From IMG/VR virus record IMGVR_UViG_3300009094_001034, positions 1-64,000 of that record: a DNA stretch of 64,000 bases. The stretch is one strand, 5' to 3'. The DNA comes from a virus. Below the pieces are notes generated by a model. That model had not been told where the DNA came from and searched no databases. It worked only from the letters and a program-made list of their open reading frames with translations. The translations under genes and the position numbers were made by a program. Below are positions 1-10,078 of the stretch, in pieces (the first letter of the stretch is position 1; the number at the start of each line of letters is the position of its first letter).

Positions 1-519
1 TCACGGCTCGTCGGCGTGCTGATCCTCGGCTTCGGCCTCGATCTTCGTCTCGGAGTAGAAGTTGACGTGCACGAGGTGCGCATTGTCCGCGGTGCTCACG
101 CCCATCCACCAGAAGTTGTCGGCCATCTGTTCCAGGTGCACGACGACATCGTTTCCGACAATCTCGTCGAGCGTTCCGTCCGCGTTGCGGCGGATCTCGA
201 TGGGACCGACGAAGATGCTCGGCAACAGCCCGCCCTCATCGCGCTTCGGCCCGATCAGCTCACCCGACGCCGGAATGTAGCGAAAGTAGGGTGCGATACG
301 CTCGACGTAGCGCACAACCGCCTGCAACTGGTCGACTGGGCATCCAGCCGCACCGATGGCCGCTGCTGCACGGCCGACGTTTCGGTTGTAATCGCCCAGA
401 TCCTCGGAAAGTCCGGCGGCGAACGTGATCAACTCTCGCAGCACCGCTGCGGCATCGACGTTAGTTTCTGCTTCGAGTTGGGCAAGGATCGCTCGTGCAT
501 TTTCGATTGTCGCGCTCAT
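1..519 (-). CDS. Hypothetical protein
   Basis: 172-aa ORF with GAGGAG SD; stop codon at window edge. Confidence 0.7.
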   Translation of the reverse strand: MSATIENARAILAQLEAETNVDAAAVLRELITFAAGLSEDLGDYNRNVGRAAAAIGAAGCPVDQLQAVVRYVERIAPYFRYIPASGELIGPKRDEGGLLPSIFVGPIEIRRNADGTLDEIVGNDVVVHLEQMADNFWWMGVSTADNAHLVHVNFYSETKIEAEAEDQHADEP

Positions 520-529
520 CGGCTGCTCC

Positions 530-745
530 TCACCAGGAACTCCGTTCGAAGGCGCTGGTCACTTCGCGAATGCTCTCTTCGACTTCGACCGTTTCCCCCT
601 TGGTGAACTTGAAGACGGTGCCGCGATCCGTCTCTTCGAAGGTCGTAAGCCACATCGCGCTGATCCCGACCCTGCGGCCAGTATCGGCTTTCGTAAGCAT
701 CACGAGCTGAACGTAAGGTCGATTGTCCGAACGTCTCGAAGCCAT
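530..745 (-). CDS. Small hypothetical protein (weak FlbD-like VEESIREV motif)
   Basis: 71-aa ORF; TACGGT -10-like box just upstream of ATG suggests a leaderless transcript. Confidence 0.6.
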   Translation of the reverse strand: MASRRSDNRPYVQLVMLTKADTGRRVGISAMWLTTFEETDRGTVFKFTKGETVEVEESIREVTSAFERSSW

Positions 746-837
746 GAGAGGACCGTACCTCGGTTTTCGCTAGGAATCGACTGCCGTTCGCAAATGGATG
801 AGGCGCATGCCCTCACCAGCGCACGCTCTCGCTCTCC

Positions 838-1164
838 TCAAGTCGCAACGACGAACTTGGGAAGGACCGCGATGATGTCGGACACCAGGTTCATCGCGAC
901 CGCTTCGGCATGCTTGCCTATTCGCACAAAACCGTGCACTTGGCGCATTCCTGACGCAAGGCTGCCGGAGACACTCGCCGCTGCGAAGAGCTCTTCGCCG
1001 TGATCCATCAGAAGCACGTGAACGAGTGGGTGAGATGGTGCGATCTCAGCGTGATAGCCGTTTTTCACGAGCTCGCCGATCAGTGCTTTGACAGCCTTAG
1101 AAGCCAGCGCGTGTGTCCCATCACGCGTTTCGATCCGGAGGTCAATGTGTTTCTTCGCCAGCAT
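838..1164 (-). CDS. Hypothetical protein
   Basis: Start moved to MLAKKH (ATG 1164), which has a GAGGAAGG SD. Confidence 0.6.
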   Translation of the reverse strand: MLAKKHIDLRIETRDGTHALASKAVKALIGELVKNGYHAEIAPSHPLVHVLLMDHGEELFAAASVSGSLASGMRQVHGFVRIGKHAEAVAMNLVSDIIAVLPKFVVAT

Positions 1165-1242
1165 AGGGGGCCTTCCTCGTGCTCTAGGATCGTCCGTCGA
1201 GGTACGCGTTGCGTCGGATTCTCGCAACGCGTTCAATCAAGT

Positions 1243-1315
1243 TCGGTGGCAAATCTCGATGGCTAGCGCGCGAGGCCCGTCGCCAAAATTTACTCGGTGG
1301 CAAAACGTTGGCAAA
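1243..1315. repeat. Putative integrase arm-type binding repeats
   Basis: TCGGTGGCAAA at 1243 and 1294, CGTTGGCAAA at 1306, 60-130 bp from the att core. Confidence 0.55.
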
Positions 1316-1332
1316 CCGCCCTTTTCAGCAAC

Positions 1333-1358
1333 AAAATAGCCCACCTTTCGGTGGGCTA
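1333..1358 (-). terminator. Rho-independent terminator downstream of the tRNA fragment
   Basis: TAGCCCACC-TTTC-GGTGGGCTA hairpin followed by a T-run on the minus strand. Confidence 0.75.
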
Positions 1359-1375
1359 AGTGATTTGGTTTCAAT

Positions 1376-1423
<48 letters not shown>

Positions 1424-1477
1424 CCGGATCAACCGGACACGCAAGCATTGAAACTGCTGGACTTGTTGGCCGACAGG

Positions 1478-2791
1478 CTACTTCTTCCCACCCGGTGCTA
1501 GGAGCTGTGCTAGGTCGAACGCCTCGCGACCCGTCGAGACCGCGGCCTCGATCGGCGCCATGAGGGCCGGGGTCTTCGAGGCGAGGAGGTGGGCGTACTG
1601 GGCGAGCGTGAACCGGGCGTCGGTGTGACCGAGTTGCCGCTGGAGCATCTTCAGTGCCCCTTCACCGCCGTTCGCGAGGATGTGGGAGGCGAAGGTGTGC
1701 CGGAAGTCGTGCCAGCGGATCGAGACGCCTTGGGCTTCGCGTGCGCGGGCGAACTCCCGGTGGAGATTGCGCGCTTCGAGGACGGGCATACGGGCGGCGC
1801 GCCTCGCCCTCACCTTCTCATCGGCGTCCTTCGGGACGGCCTGAGTGCGGGCGGGGAAGACGAAGTCGATCCACTGGTCTTCGAATGCCCGGTCGTAGCG
1901 CCGGCTGATCCTGCGGGGAAGACGGGCAGCGCCGTACTTCGCGACGACGTGGATGATGAACTCCTTCCGTGCCTCGTTCTCGGCAGCGCGCTGCGCCTTG
2001 TAGCGGAGCAGGAGTGCGGAGAGGGAGGGCGGGATGGCGACGGTGCGGACACCGGCTTCGGTCTTCGGCTCGACCTTCTGGCCCGTGGCCTGATCTCTCG
2101 ATGCGCGGATGGTGATGGTGTGCTCGGCGAGGTCGATGTCCACCCATTGGAGGGCGAGGACCTCGCCCTGGCGCATGCCGGTGAGGGCGCAGATCGCGGC
2201 GGCGATGTTGAAGGGTGTCCGCATCGCTCCGACGATCTTCAGCGCGTCCTTCAGGGGAGTGGCTTCGATCTGGGTCTTCGGGACCTTCGGGTACTCGAAG
2301 TAGACCGTCACGTCGCGCTTGAGCGTGCCGAACTTGAAGGCGTCTTCGAGCACGGAGATCATCGTCTGCAAGACGTTCTTGCGGTACTTCGGGGACTTCC
2401 CTGACGCGATCGAGGGCTCGATCTGGCGGAGCCGTTCGGGCGAGAAGTCGCGTAGCCGGATGTCGCCGATCTCGGCGTCCAGGGTCCGGAGGTGCGAGAG
2501 GACGGTACGTTCCATCGAGGGTTTGAACGGGCGCGTGCCCCGCATGCGGGTCTGTACCCAGTCGTTCGCGTACTCGCGGAAGGGAGTCTTGTCGGAGAGC
2601 TTCGGCTTGGGGCCGCGGGGATGCGCGATGAGTTCGGCCTTGCGGGTGGCCTGTGCGTCTTTCGCTTTGTTGATCGTGGGGTGCGTGCCGGCGGAGTAGG
2701 TCTTCCCTCCGACATTCACGGTGGCCTCGTAGGTCTTCCCGCGCTTCGAGATGCCGGGGGCGACTTTCGTGCGCTTGAAGCGGTTCTTCAT
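1478..2791 (-). CDS. int: Tyrosine recombinase/integrase
   Basis: TGMRQGE, PKT, HDFRHTFAS, LGH...Y motifs; start placed at MKNRF (ATG 2791, GGAGG SD). Confidence 0.95.
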   Translation of the reverse strand: MKNRFKRTKVAPGISKRGKTYEATVNVGGKTYSAGTHPTINKAKDAQATRKAELIAHPRGPKPKLSDKTPFREYANDWVQTRMRGTRPFKPSMERTVLSHLRTLDAEIGDIRLRDFSPERLRQIEPSIASGKSPKYRKNVLQTMISVLEDAFKFGTLKRDVTVYFEYPKVPKTQIEATPLKDALKIVGAMRTPFNIAAAICALTGMRQGEVLALQWVDIDLAEHTITIRASRDQATGQKVEPKTEAGVRTVAIPPSLSALLLRYKAQRAAENEARKEFIIHVVAKYGAARLPRRISRRYDRAFEDQWIDFVFPARTQAVPKDADEKVRARRAARMPVLEARNLHREFARAREAQGVSIRWHDFRHTFASHILANGGEGALKMLQRQLGHTDARFTLAQYAHLLASKTPALMAPIEAAVSTGREAFDLAQLLAPGGKK

Positions 2792-3057
2792 GACGCCTCC
2801 GTTTCGTAGAGCAGTTGTCCGTACAGGTCGTCCCCGAGCAGGGCGTACAGACGGTCGATGGTTGGATGCGATGGTTCGCGGAGAGCGAGATCCGCAAGGT
2901 GGGCGAGTGCCTCGGGTGCGGTGGTGACGCCCGTGATCGTGCAGCGGAGCGAACGACCGCCGTTGCGGATCGTCACGTTCTCGCCGCGGACGGTGATGGT
3001 GAGGCCCGCGAGGTGGATGAAGCGGGCTACGGACATCTTCTCGATTGCGTGTGGCAT
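2788..3057 (-). CDS. Hypothetical protein coupled to integrase
   Basis: GGAGG SD; ATGA overlap with int. Confidence 0.6.
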   Translation of the reverse strand: MPHAIEKMSVARFIHLAGLTITVRGENVTIRNGGRSLRCTITGVTTAPEALAHLADLALREPSHPTIDRLYALLGDDLYGQLLYETEAS

Positions 3058-3173
3058 ACGGCCTCCATGTCAAAGGGCGACCTCAGAGTGCGGAGGTGGG
3101 CGAGGAGCCGTCGAGAGGTCCAGGACCGCTGTACGGACCCCCTACGAGCTCCCAGCCCACCTTCCGGAGGCGA

Positions 3174-3650
3174 CTAGAAGTCGGTCGCCCCGAGCTCTTC
3201 GTCGTAGCGGTCGGTGTCGTAGATCTCCCGTTCCTCGCGGTCACGAATCCCGCGGACGAGGTCCCGCATGAACGTCTCGGTGTGGACGACGATCTGGCCG
3301 TTCCGGGTGCGAGTGGAATGCTCCTTCTTCGTGTTGGTGGCTTCGGCGCGCGATGCCCAGGCCTGCAGGCGCCCAGGGATCGCATCGAGCCAGGACAGCT
3401 CATAGAAGCGGGCCTTCGACATGTTGTTCGTGAAGGCGCGGATCATCACGCCGTCCATGAAGTCATCCCCTGGCCAGTCCATCGTGGTCGAGAGGAAGTT
3501 CACGGGCTTCACAATGAAGCGGTAGAAGGTTCCGTCGACGGCGAGGAGCTTGAGGCTCTCTCCGGCGCGGAGCGGGCGGCTGCGGTAGATGGGATATTCG
3601 ACAAGGGTGGGCGGTACACTTCCTGATGTGAATCCTCGATGTGTTGCCAT
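3174..3650 (-). CDS. Hypothetical protein
   Basis: Start MATHRGF with GGAGG SD; coding-like codon usage. Confidence 0.6.
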   Translation of the reverse strand: MATHRGFTSGSVPPTLVEYPIYRSRPLRAGESLKLLAVDGTFYRFIVKPVNFLSTTMDWPGDDFMDGVMIRAFTNNMSKARFYELSWLDAIPGRLQAWASRAEATNTKKEHSTRTRNGQIVVHTETFMRDLVRGIRDREEREIYDTDRYDEELGATDF

Positions 3651-3826
3651 GCGCTTCCTCCGTTCGCGTCGGGCTGCGACGCGTCGGGGCGCTGCACCTG
3701 CGAGGCGCGGGCTGAATGCCATGTGGAGCTACGTGGAAGGTGCTGCGAAGGAGCGCCAGACCACCTCCGCACTGCTATGGGCATAGGCGAGGAGCGTGTG
3801 TGGGTAACAAAACGCGGCATGGAGAT

Positions 3827-4861
3827 GTGACAAAAAGTGCGCGGCAACACGTCATCGACGGGTTCCGCGAAGGGAGCGCGGTCGCAGCGGCACTCCGAGC
3901 AGACGCCGAATTTCTCGCAACGAGGATTCCGAAGGCGCTCCGACCGCTCGCGGTGCAGTTCTACGAAGATACGGCTGCTGCGATAGAGGGAAAGCGGATC
4001 GAGAAGACGGCGCCCATTCGAAGTGGGGAGCTGTTCGAGATGTTCGCGGCACAGGTTCGGATGATCGAGCCAGATGAAGCCATGGTGCGCGTCGACGGCG
4101 AAACGCGAGAGGCGGTGCGCGAGAAAATTCACAAGCTCAAGCGCGCCATCATGGATTGCCCGTTCGAGGCTGGCATCCCGAACATTGCCCGAGCGTATTA
4201 CCGCTTTCGTTTTCCCGAGGTCGTTCGTGGAGCGTGGGACCAGACGTACAGCTTGTACCTCGACATCGATGTGGAGTTCACGAGTCCAGAGGCCCTCTTT
4301 CGACAGGCGCTCTTGTACGAACTGTTCAAGGCGACCCCGCGCGATTACCTTCAGCGCATTCTTCAGGCGGATATCCTTGGAGATACGAATGTGCAGTACG
4401 TGTACGATCTGGCGCGCGAGCCCTCATTCGAGAGGTTTGTAGAAGCGACCACACTCCTCGAGAAGATCGGGGCGGCTCTATGGACAGACGAACGCGCGAG
4501 TTTTCTCAATCGGGTGTTTCACTACGACGTCCAGCCGGCCACGCTAGCGCACGCGCTCTTTGCGTGGACGTACATCATTGCGGCGCACGACCTGCACGAT
4601 GACGCCACGGAGAGCGACGCTTGGCCGCTTGTGTCCACGGAGTGCTTGACGCTCACTGAGAAGCTCGTTGCACTCGACGTGCTGAAGGAGCATGGCAAGA
4701 GCGTACTCCGCCCGCTCTTTCGTGTCCTGATGGCCATGGGGCAGCGCGAATCCTATTCAGTAGACCTCGGGGAGGTCATCGAGGATGCAAAGGTGAAGGC
4801 TCGGGATGAAGCACGGGCCATGACGCGGAGCGATGTCGCGATTAAAGCGATGGAGCCGTGA
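3827..4861 (+). CDS. Hypothetical alpha-helical protein
   Basis: Long ORF; GTG start after GGAG; start uncertain. Confidence 0.65.
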   Translation: MTKSARQHVIDGFREGSAVAAALRADAEFLATRIPKALRPLAVQFYEDTAAAIEGKRIEKTAPIRSGELFEMFAAQVRMIEPDEAMVRVDGETREAVREKIHKLKRAIMDCPFEAGIPNIARAYYRFRFPEVVRGAWDQTYSLYLDIDVEFTSPEALFRQALLYELFKATPRDYLQRILQADILGDTNVQYVYDLAREPSFERFVEATTLLEKIGAALWTDERASFLNRVFHYDVQPATLAHALFAWTYIIAAHDLHDDATESDAWPLVSTECLTLTEKLVALDVLKEHGKSVLRPLFRVLMAMGQRESYSVDLGEVIEDAKVKARDEARAMTRSDVAIKAMEP

Positions 4862-5336
4862 GCGCCTTCGTGCAGAGAGCATCCGCGTAGCGGTTCTTCG
4901 ACCGCGGAACGTGCATCGGTGTGACGTGGAGCTTGCCCGGCGCCTTCGTGAGAAGGATGCGGCGCTTCCCATCCGATGCAGGGATCACGTCGTGCGACAC
5001 GAGCCGCGCGATCTGGTACTGGATGCGCGCAAGGTGGGGCGCCTGCGAGGTGCGGTTCTTCCCGCGCAGCCACTCAGTGACGAACTTCGAATCCCCCTTC
5101 AGCGTGACGTGTTCATAGCCGGCTCCCGCCGCCCACGTAAGCGCGTGGAGGCAACCTTGCAGTTCGGCCACCATGGACGTGGCCGGCGAGACGAGCCCCG
5201 ACCCCTCCATGATCTTCGCGTGCCCGTGGCCTATGGCGACCCATCCCCAGGCGCCGCGCGATGCTGGGTAGAGCGAGTGTGTCACGCCGATGTTGCCGCG
5301 CACGCCGCCATCGAAGTAGATCGTGCAGTCGTTCAT
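4842..5336 (-). CDS. Ribonuclease HI family protein
   Basis: YFDGG, AE, GDS, HVPR..N..AD catalytic motifs. Confidence 0.85.
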   Translation of the reverse strand: MNDCTIYFDGGVRGNIGVTHSLYPASRGAWGWVAIGHGHAKIMEGSGLVSPATSMVAELQGCLHALTWAAGAGYEHVTLKGDSKFVTEWLRGKNRTSQAPHLARIQYQIARLVSHDVIPASDGKRRILLTKAPGKLHVTPMHVPRSKNRYADALCTKALTAPSL

Positions 5337-5368
5337 GCCCTGACCTCACCATGGAGGCCGGGGATTGG

Positions 5369-6718
5369 TCACGCAATTAGCTGCAGCGGTGCATGCATCA
5401 CATCGATCGATCGGAACTCGGTCGTCGTGCGGTCGAAGCGAAGAAGGACCTTCCCCGTGGGACCGTTCCGATTCTTTTTCACGTGCAGTTCTACCTCGCC
5501 AGGTCGATCACTCCGGTCGTTGTAGTAGTCGTCGCGGTAGAGCATCAGGACAACATCGGCGTCCTGCTCGATGGAGCCCGACTCGCGCAGGTCGGAGAGG
5601 TTCGGGATCTTGTTGTCGCGCGATTCGACACCGCGTGAGAGCTGCGACAGGCAGAGTATCGGCACATCGAGCTCGCGTGCGAGTGTCTTGAGTCCGCGGC
5701 TCATTTCGGATACTTCCTGGACGCGGTTGTGCGGGTTGTTGCCGGCCATGAGCTGCAGGTAGTCGATGACGAGGAAGTCGAGACCGCGTTCGAGCTTCAT
5801 GCGACGTGCTCGGGTTCGCAGATCCGCGAGCGAGAGACCGCTCCGATCGAAGATCGTGATGGGGAGCGTGTGCAGCCGTTCAATCGCGTCGACGACGCGC
5901 TGGCGTTCGGCATCTGAGAGCTGACCAGACCGGAGCTTCCACCCATCGACCTTCGCGGCGGTGCTGAGGATGCGCCGCACGAGTTGCTGCTTGCTCATCT
6001 CGAGCGAGAAGACGCCGACGTGCTTTCCTCCCGTCGCGATGTTCTGCGCGACATTGATGGCCAGAGCTGTCTTTCCGATCGAGGGCCGCGCGGCGAGGAT
6101 AACGAGGTCGGAACGCTCGATGCCGGCGAGCATCGTGTCGAGATCATGGAAGCCGGTCGAGAGGAAGCGCGACGTGGTTCCGTCGTCATCGGCCGCAGCG
6201 GCGAGGCCGTCGTACGTCTCATTGAAGACATCCCCGAGTGTCTCCATACGAAGCCGCCGATCGCGCGTGCGCAACTCCAACAGGATCGCTTCCGCACGGC
6301 TGTTTACCTCTGCCGGATCTGCGTCGGGCTGAAACGCGAGCGCGGAGATATCGGTGCCGACCGTGATCAGGCGTCGCTGATACGCCTTGCTATGAACGAT
6401 CTCCGCGTACTTCTCCGCGTGTGAGGCGGTCGGGACGAACTCGGTCAATTCGGCGATGGCGCTCTTACCGCCGACGTCCACGATCTCCTTCCGTTCTTCG
6501 AGCAGATTGCAGACCGTGAGGAGGTCGACGGGTGTGTGGCGTCGGTGGAGATCCAGCATGGCCTGGTAGATCGTGCGATGGGCGACCACGTAGAAGTCAT
6601 CTCGGTCGAGGATCTCGGAGACCAACGTGATGCATTCCGGCTCCAGGAGAATGGATCCCAAGACACACTTTTCAGCTTCGAGATTTTGCGGTGGGATCAT
6701 TCCTTTAGGCGACGGCAT
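5369..6718 (-). CDS. dnaB: Replicative DNA helicase
   Basis: PPQNLEAE N-terminus, AARPSIGKT Walker A, IDYLQL, LSQLSR, SDLRESGSIEQDAD, KNRNG. Confidence 0.97.
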   Translation of the reverse strand: MPSPKGMIPPQNLEAEKCVLGSILLEPECITLVSEILDRDDFYVVAHRTIYQAMLDLHRRHTPVDLLTVCNLLEERKEIVDVGGKSAIAELTEFVPTASHAEKYAEIVHSKAYQRRLITVGTDISALAFQPDADPAEVNSRAEAILLELRTRDRRLRMETLGDVFNETYDGLAAAADDDGTTSRFLSTGFHDLDTMLAGIERSDLVILAARPSIGKTALAINVAQNIATGGKHVGVFSLEMSKQQLVRRILSTAAKVDGWKLRSGQLSDAERQRVVDAIERLHTLPITIFDRSGLSLADLRTRARRMKLERGLDFLVIDYLQLMAGNNPHNRVQEVSEMSRGLKTLARELDVPILCLSQLSRGVESRDNKIPNLSDLRESGSIEQDADVVLMLYRDDYYNDRSDRPGEVELHVKKNRNGPTGKVLLRFDRTTTEFRSIDVMHAPLQLIA

Positions 6719-7871
6719 CCGATGGGGTGGAAGTTGCTTTGAGAACGAGGGTGACGAACCTGCGGATCAAGCGCTCCTGTTCGGACCGCGGGGGTTCGGT
6801 GTCGAGTTGCTGAAACTCGCTCGTGTCAATCTGGAGACGTGTGCCCAGTTGCTCAATTCGACGCCACGCGAAGGACGGACCGGAGACGAGATCACCGGAG
6901 AGCTGCCGGTAGAGCGCATGGCCTTCAAAGAAGCGCGTCTCCTCGTCGAGCTTCGCAGGCAACGAGCCGGCGGCGCCCTTCGCCGCCCACTGGTATCCCG
7001 TCTTCGATTGGGCATCGAGGGCACTGCGCATCCAGGGAAGAAGGTTTCGTGGCGGAATGAGGCGGAGCGCCGACTCGCTCAGCGCGCGTAGAAAGTGCTC
7101 CTCGCCGTGTTGCTCTACGAGCGATCGGGTCACCGCGAGAATGTCTTGATTGATACTCCCCGGGCCCAACCGGTCCTCCACCTTGTCGAGAACAGCTCGC
7201 GGAATCGTCATGACGCTCGCGCCTGCGTCCTTCTTAGTAACCTTGTTCTCTCTTGTTCTTTCTTCCTCTATTACTACTGGCTCTTTCGTCGCTGAAAGGG
7301 CAACTGGTGCGGAATGGCTTGTAAAAGCCGAATCGAAGGGCGCTGGTGGCTTTAGGAAGCCATCGCCGCCAGTTGCCCTTTCGTAGTCTGAAAGTGCAAC
7401 TGGTCCCTTCGTGATCTCGAAGCGCCGCGGACGGAACGCACCGCTTTGCCTCCTCCGAATTTCGGATACTTCCACGAGGCCGAGCGACTCGAGGTTAACG
7501 AGCGCGCGAGCGACGGCTCGGTGGGATAGGCCGGTGTACTGGTTGATCGTCGTGAGGTGTGCCGTGAACCGCTTGTCGCCGGCGTCGTTGCACAGCATGA
7601 CGAGGACATCGTAGACAGCGAGAGCGGCCGGGATCTGCCGACCGGGGAGGGATTCAGCAATGAGCCGGACGCGCGCTTTGTCCTTCCAGTACCATCGGAC
7701 GCCATCTGTTCCCTTCACGCCCTTCATGCGGCCAGACGGATGTTCAACTTCGCGCGCTGTACGGATGGCTCGGGGGCATGTGTGAAGAAGGTTGTTGATT
7801 AGATGTGCATGCACAGTACCCCTGTGTCGGGACGAGTCAAGCACAAGCCATTGACCTTTTTGCCCTGACAT
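6705..7871 (-). CDS. Phage replication initiator with winged HTH (start may be ATG 7727)
   Basis: TINQYTGLSHRAVARALVNLESLGLV HTH; directly upstream of dnaB; internal iterons. Confidence 0.7.
   Translation of the reverse strand: MSGQKGQWLVLDSSRHRGTVHAHLINNLLHTCPRAIRTAREVEHPSGRMKGVKGTDGVRWYWKDKARVRLIAESLPGRQIPAALAVYDVLVMLCNDAGDKRFTAHLTTINQYTGLSHRAVARALVNLESLGLVEVSEIRRRQSGAFRPRRFEITKGPVALSDYERATGGDGFLKPPAPFDSAFTSHSAPVALSATKEPVVIEEERTRENKVTKKDAGASVMTIPRAVLDKVEDRLGPGSINQDILAVTRSLVEQHGEEHFLRALSESALRLIPPRNLLPWMRSALDAQSKTGYQWAAKGAAGSLPAKLDEETRFFEGHALYRQLSGDLVSGPSFAWRRIEQLGTRLQIDTSEFQQLDTEPPRSEQERLIRRFVTLVLKATSTPSDAVA
7230..7404. promoter_or_regulatory. Putative replication origin (iterons plus AT-rich tract) inside the initiator gene
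   Basis: CTGAAAG(G/T)GCAACTGGT at 7292 and 7388, inverted copy at 7369-7382, AT/pyrimidine-rich tract 7230-7290. Confidence 0.6.
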
Positions 7872-8035
7872 GTAGGCTGTGAATGCATCCGTGAAGAAGG
7901 TGCTGCGAGGAGCCTTGGGGCACGTCCCAGGGCCTCTTGCATGCGACCCAACAACCCGGAGGTCTGAGGCGCGTGTGCACAGCGCCCCAGAGTCCTCGCG
8001 GGAGTGGGTGCGGATTCCACCACGAATCCCTTTGC

Positions 8036-8356
8036 TTAGCGGAGAAGAACGTACCCGAAGAGAAGCGCGATCGAGACGGCTGTTGCCAGAATGCCGGGAG
8101 TGAAGACGCGATCCCGGAGCGAGCGGAACGACGAGCGGACCCGCGAACGCTTCTTCCCGGTTTCAGCCGGGACGTGCGCGGGGCGACGAACGACGATCCC
8201 ACAGGTCGGAACCGAGCAGCAGAGCTGCACTTCAATCGAACCACCGATGAGGGTGGTTTCGACATTCAGCCAAGCCGTCCGATCGTGCAGCTTGCATGAA
8301 GGACATTTCTCATCGGTCGGAGCGCGCTTGCGCACGCCTGTAATTTCGCCAGTCAT
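8036..8356 (-). CDS. Zn-finger protein with C-terminal TM helix
   Basis: CPSC...CSVPTC; hydrophobic C-terminus. Confidence 0.5.
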   Translation of the reverse strand: MTGEITGVRKRAPTDEKCPSCKLHDRTAWLNVETTLIGGSIEVQLCCSVPTCGIVVRRPAHVPAETGKKRSRVRSSFRSLRDRVFTPGILATAVSIALLFGYVLLR

Positions 8357-8607
8357 ACGAGAGCATGGCGAAACGAGAGCTCGGCACGAGCTTCCTGCAG
8401 GATGTCCGAGGATGCGTCGGAGACTTCGATGCGGTTGTACCCCGCCGTGGCGCGGTACTCCGCAGGAGAGCCTTCCGGCCATTCGAAGAGAAGAACTCTT
8501 CCGAGTTCCATCCATTCGTGGATGACCTCGATGTCGCGGGCGACACCGATGAGCGCACCGTCTTCATCCAGAAGCAAGTGTGTAAAACCAAATAGGTCGA
8601 GCTGCAT
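8353..8607 (-). CDS. Hypothetical protein (MQLDLF)
   Basis: ATGA coupling to the next gene. Confidence 0.5.
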   Translation of the reverse strand: MQLDLFGFTHLLLDEDGALIGVARDIEVIHEWMELGRVLLFEWPEGSPAEYRATAGYNRIEVSDASSDILQEARAELSFRHALV

Positions 8608-8750
8608 AGCAGTAGGGATAAGTGGTGAGCATGATTCAAAGAGCCCGTCAGTCGCGAGACTGACGTGTGGATCGTGGTGGTATCCGCGGTACGCATCTGA
8701 CCACGCGACGCGCGCTCGGTCCGAACGCATCAAAACAACCACCCCGGCGC

Positions 8751-8975
8751 CTAATGGGCCGAGGTGGTGAAGTTGCAGATGCACGTGAGCCGAAAGTGCG
8801 AGCCGGCGAAGATTACTCGGAGCGTTTGATCGCGGCAGAATCCGCAGCGGCCTTCTTCCACCATCTCTCGGAACACGCGGCACCGTTCCTCTTGCATGAT
8901 CTCGCGCATGGCCGCGTCGATCTCATCTCTCGACATCTCCTGCACGTTGACCTGTAAAGCTGCGCTGGATGCCAT
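8751..8975 (-). CDS. Small Zn-binding protein
   Basis: CGFC...CIC; GGAGG SD. Confidence 0.5.
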   Translation of the reverse strand: MASSAALQVNVQEMSRDEIDAAMREIMQEERCRVFREMVEEGRCGFCRDQTLRVIFAGSHFRLTCICNFTTSAH

Positions 8976-9312
8976 GTGGACCTCCCGCACAACCCTGCCG
9001 CGGGCTGACGGCAGCGGTCGAGGCGTCCAGACTGCGGAGCGACGGTGGTCAGGCTGACGAAGCCGAGTATCGACAGGAACGTTGTCAGCGCGCACTCACC
9101 CGCAAGCGGGGCGACGCGTCCACGCCAGGGACAGTTCTACGGCTGCCGCACCAGTGGTGAGGTGCGAGGAGCTATCGGCGGGAGAATCCCTACTGAAGCA
9201 TTAGGGATTGTGTCAGGGGAATGCGTGTGCATTCCCAGTCCGCGCGAGAAGGTAGCCACCGTCCTACATCAAAACCGAAGGAAGTCCAGTCAGATGGTCT
9301 CCTTCGGCTTGC

Positions 9313-9355
9313 GAATGTTACGCAACACGGTGCATGGTCGGAATGTCACGCAACA
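9313..9355. promoter_or_regulatory. Direct-repeat putative operator in divergent intergenic region
   Basis: GAATGTTACGCAACA (9313) and GAATGTCACGCAACA (9341). Confidence 0.45.
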
Positions 9356-9371
9356 TACCCCCCCAATCCTC

Positions 9372-9815
9372 ATGTCCCTCTCCAAAACCGACGAAGCGAT
9401 CAATCGCGGCGAACCAATCAGGCTCCACCGCTCGGAGTTCCTCGAGAAGCCGGCCGAGTACATCATTCAGGCTGATGACCGCGACGCGATGATTGAGCTA
9501 TGCCGCTACCAGCAGGTCACGCATGCAATCATCCCGCTTCGCCTCCACGAAGGGTCGGTCTTTCGCGCGCTCTACCGATACGACATGAACAAAGAGGAAA
9601 TCCGGCGCCTTGCCTCAGAACAGATGGATCGTCTGAATGGCCGAGAGCGACCGGTAGATGCTCTTCCTGCCTGTAGCGACGAGGATGTTGAAGTTGGCCA
9701 GGTGATTACCATCCGACCCTACAAACTATCGGAGTACATGAAGGACATGAGATATGGCCCAGTGATCGGGAAGATCAGCTTCAAGAACGATGGCCAGCAA
9801 GCGGAAGCTGCGTAA
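9372..9815 (+). CDS. Hypothetical protein
   Basis: Start MSLSKTD with C/A-rich leader. Confidence 0.6.
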   Translation: MSLSKTDEAINRGEPIRLHRSEFLEKPAEYIIQADDRDAMIELCRYQQVTHAIIPLRLHEGSVFRALYRYDMNKEEIRRLASEQMDRLNGRERPVDALPACSDEDVEVGQVITIRPYKLSEYMKDMRYGPVIGKISFKNDGQQAEAA

Positions 9816-10029
9816 GCGCGAGTGCGGCGACAAGCGGCGCTACGGCACAATGGCCGACGCCGCACGCCACCTCGCTTGGCTTCGCAACCTCAACCCCAGC
9901 TTCAACAACGTCGGGGCCTACCACTGTGGCTTTTGTGGATCGTTCCATCTCGGACACTCTGGTGCACTCACGGGCGGCATCCGTGGCCGTGAGGCGCGAC
10001 GCTTCGGTCTAGCCAAGAGTTGGTCATAG
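9790..10029 (+). CDS. Phage Zn-finger protein
   Basis: C..KRRY...AYHCGFCGSFHLGH. Confidence 0.7.
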   Translation: MASKRKLRKRECGDKRRYGTMADAARHLAWLRNLNPSFNNVGAYHCGFCGSFHLGHSGALTGGIRGREARRFGLAKSWS

Positions 10030-10078
10030 CGAAGAGGCCCGGTGCAAACGCACGGGCTTCTTCAAGTAGGCGGGAACA

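Noticed and set aside
2792-3073. N-terminal extension of the 531-aa integrase ORF
   Set aside because: Arg/Pro-rich out-of-frame reading that overlaps the real 2788-3057 gene; SD supports ATG 2791
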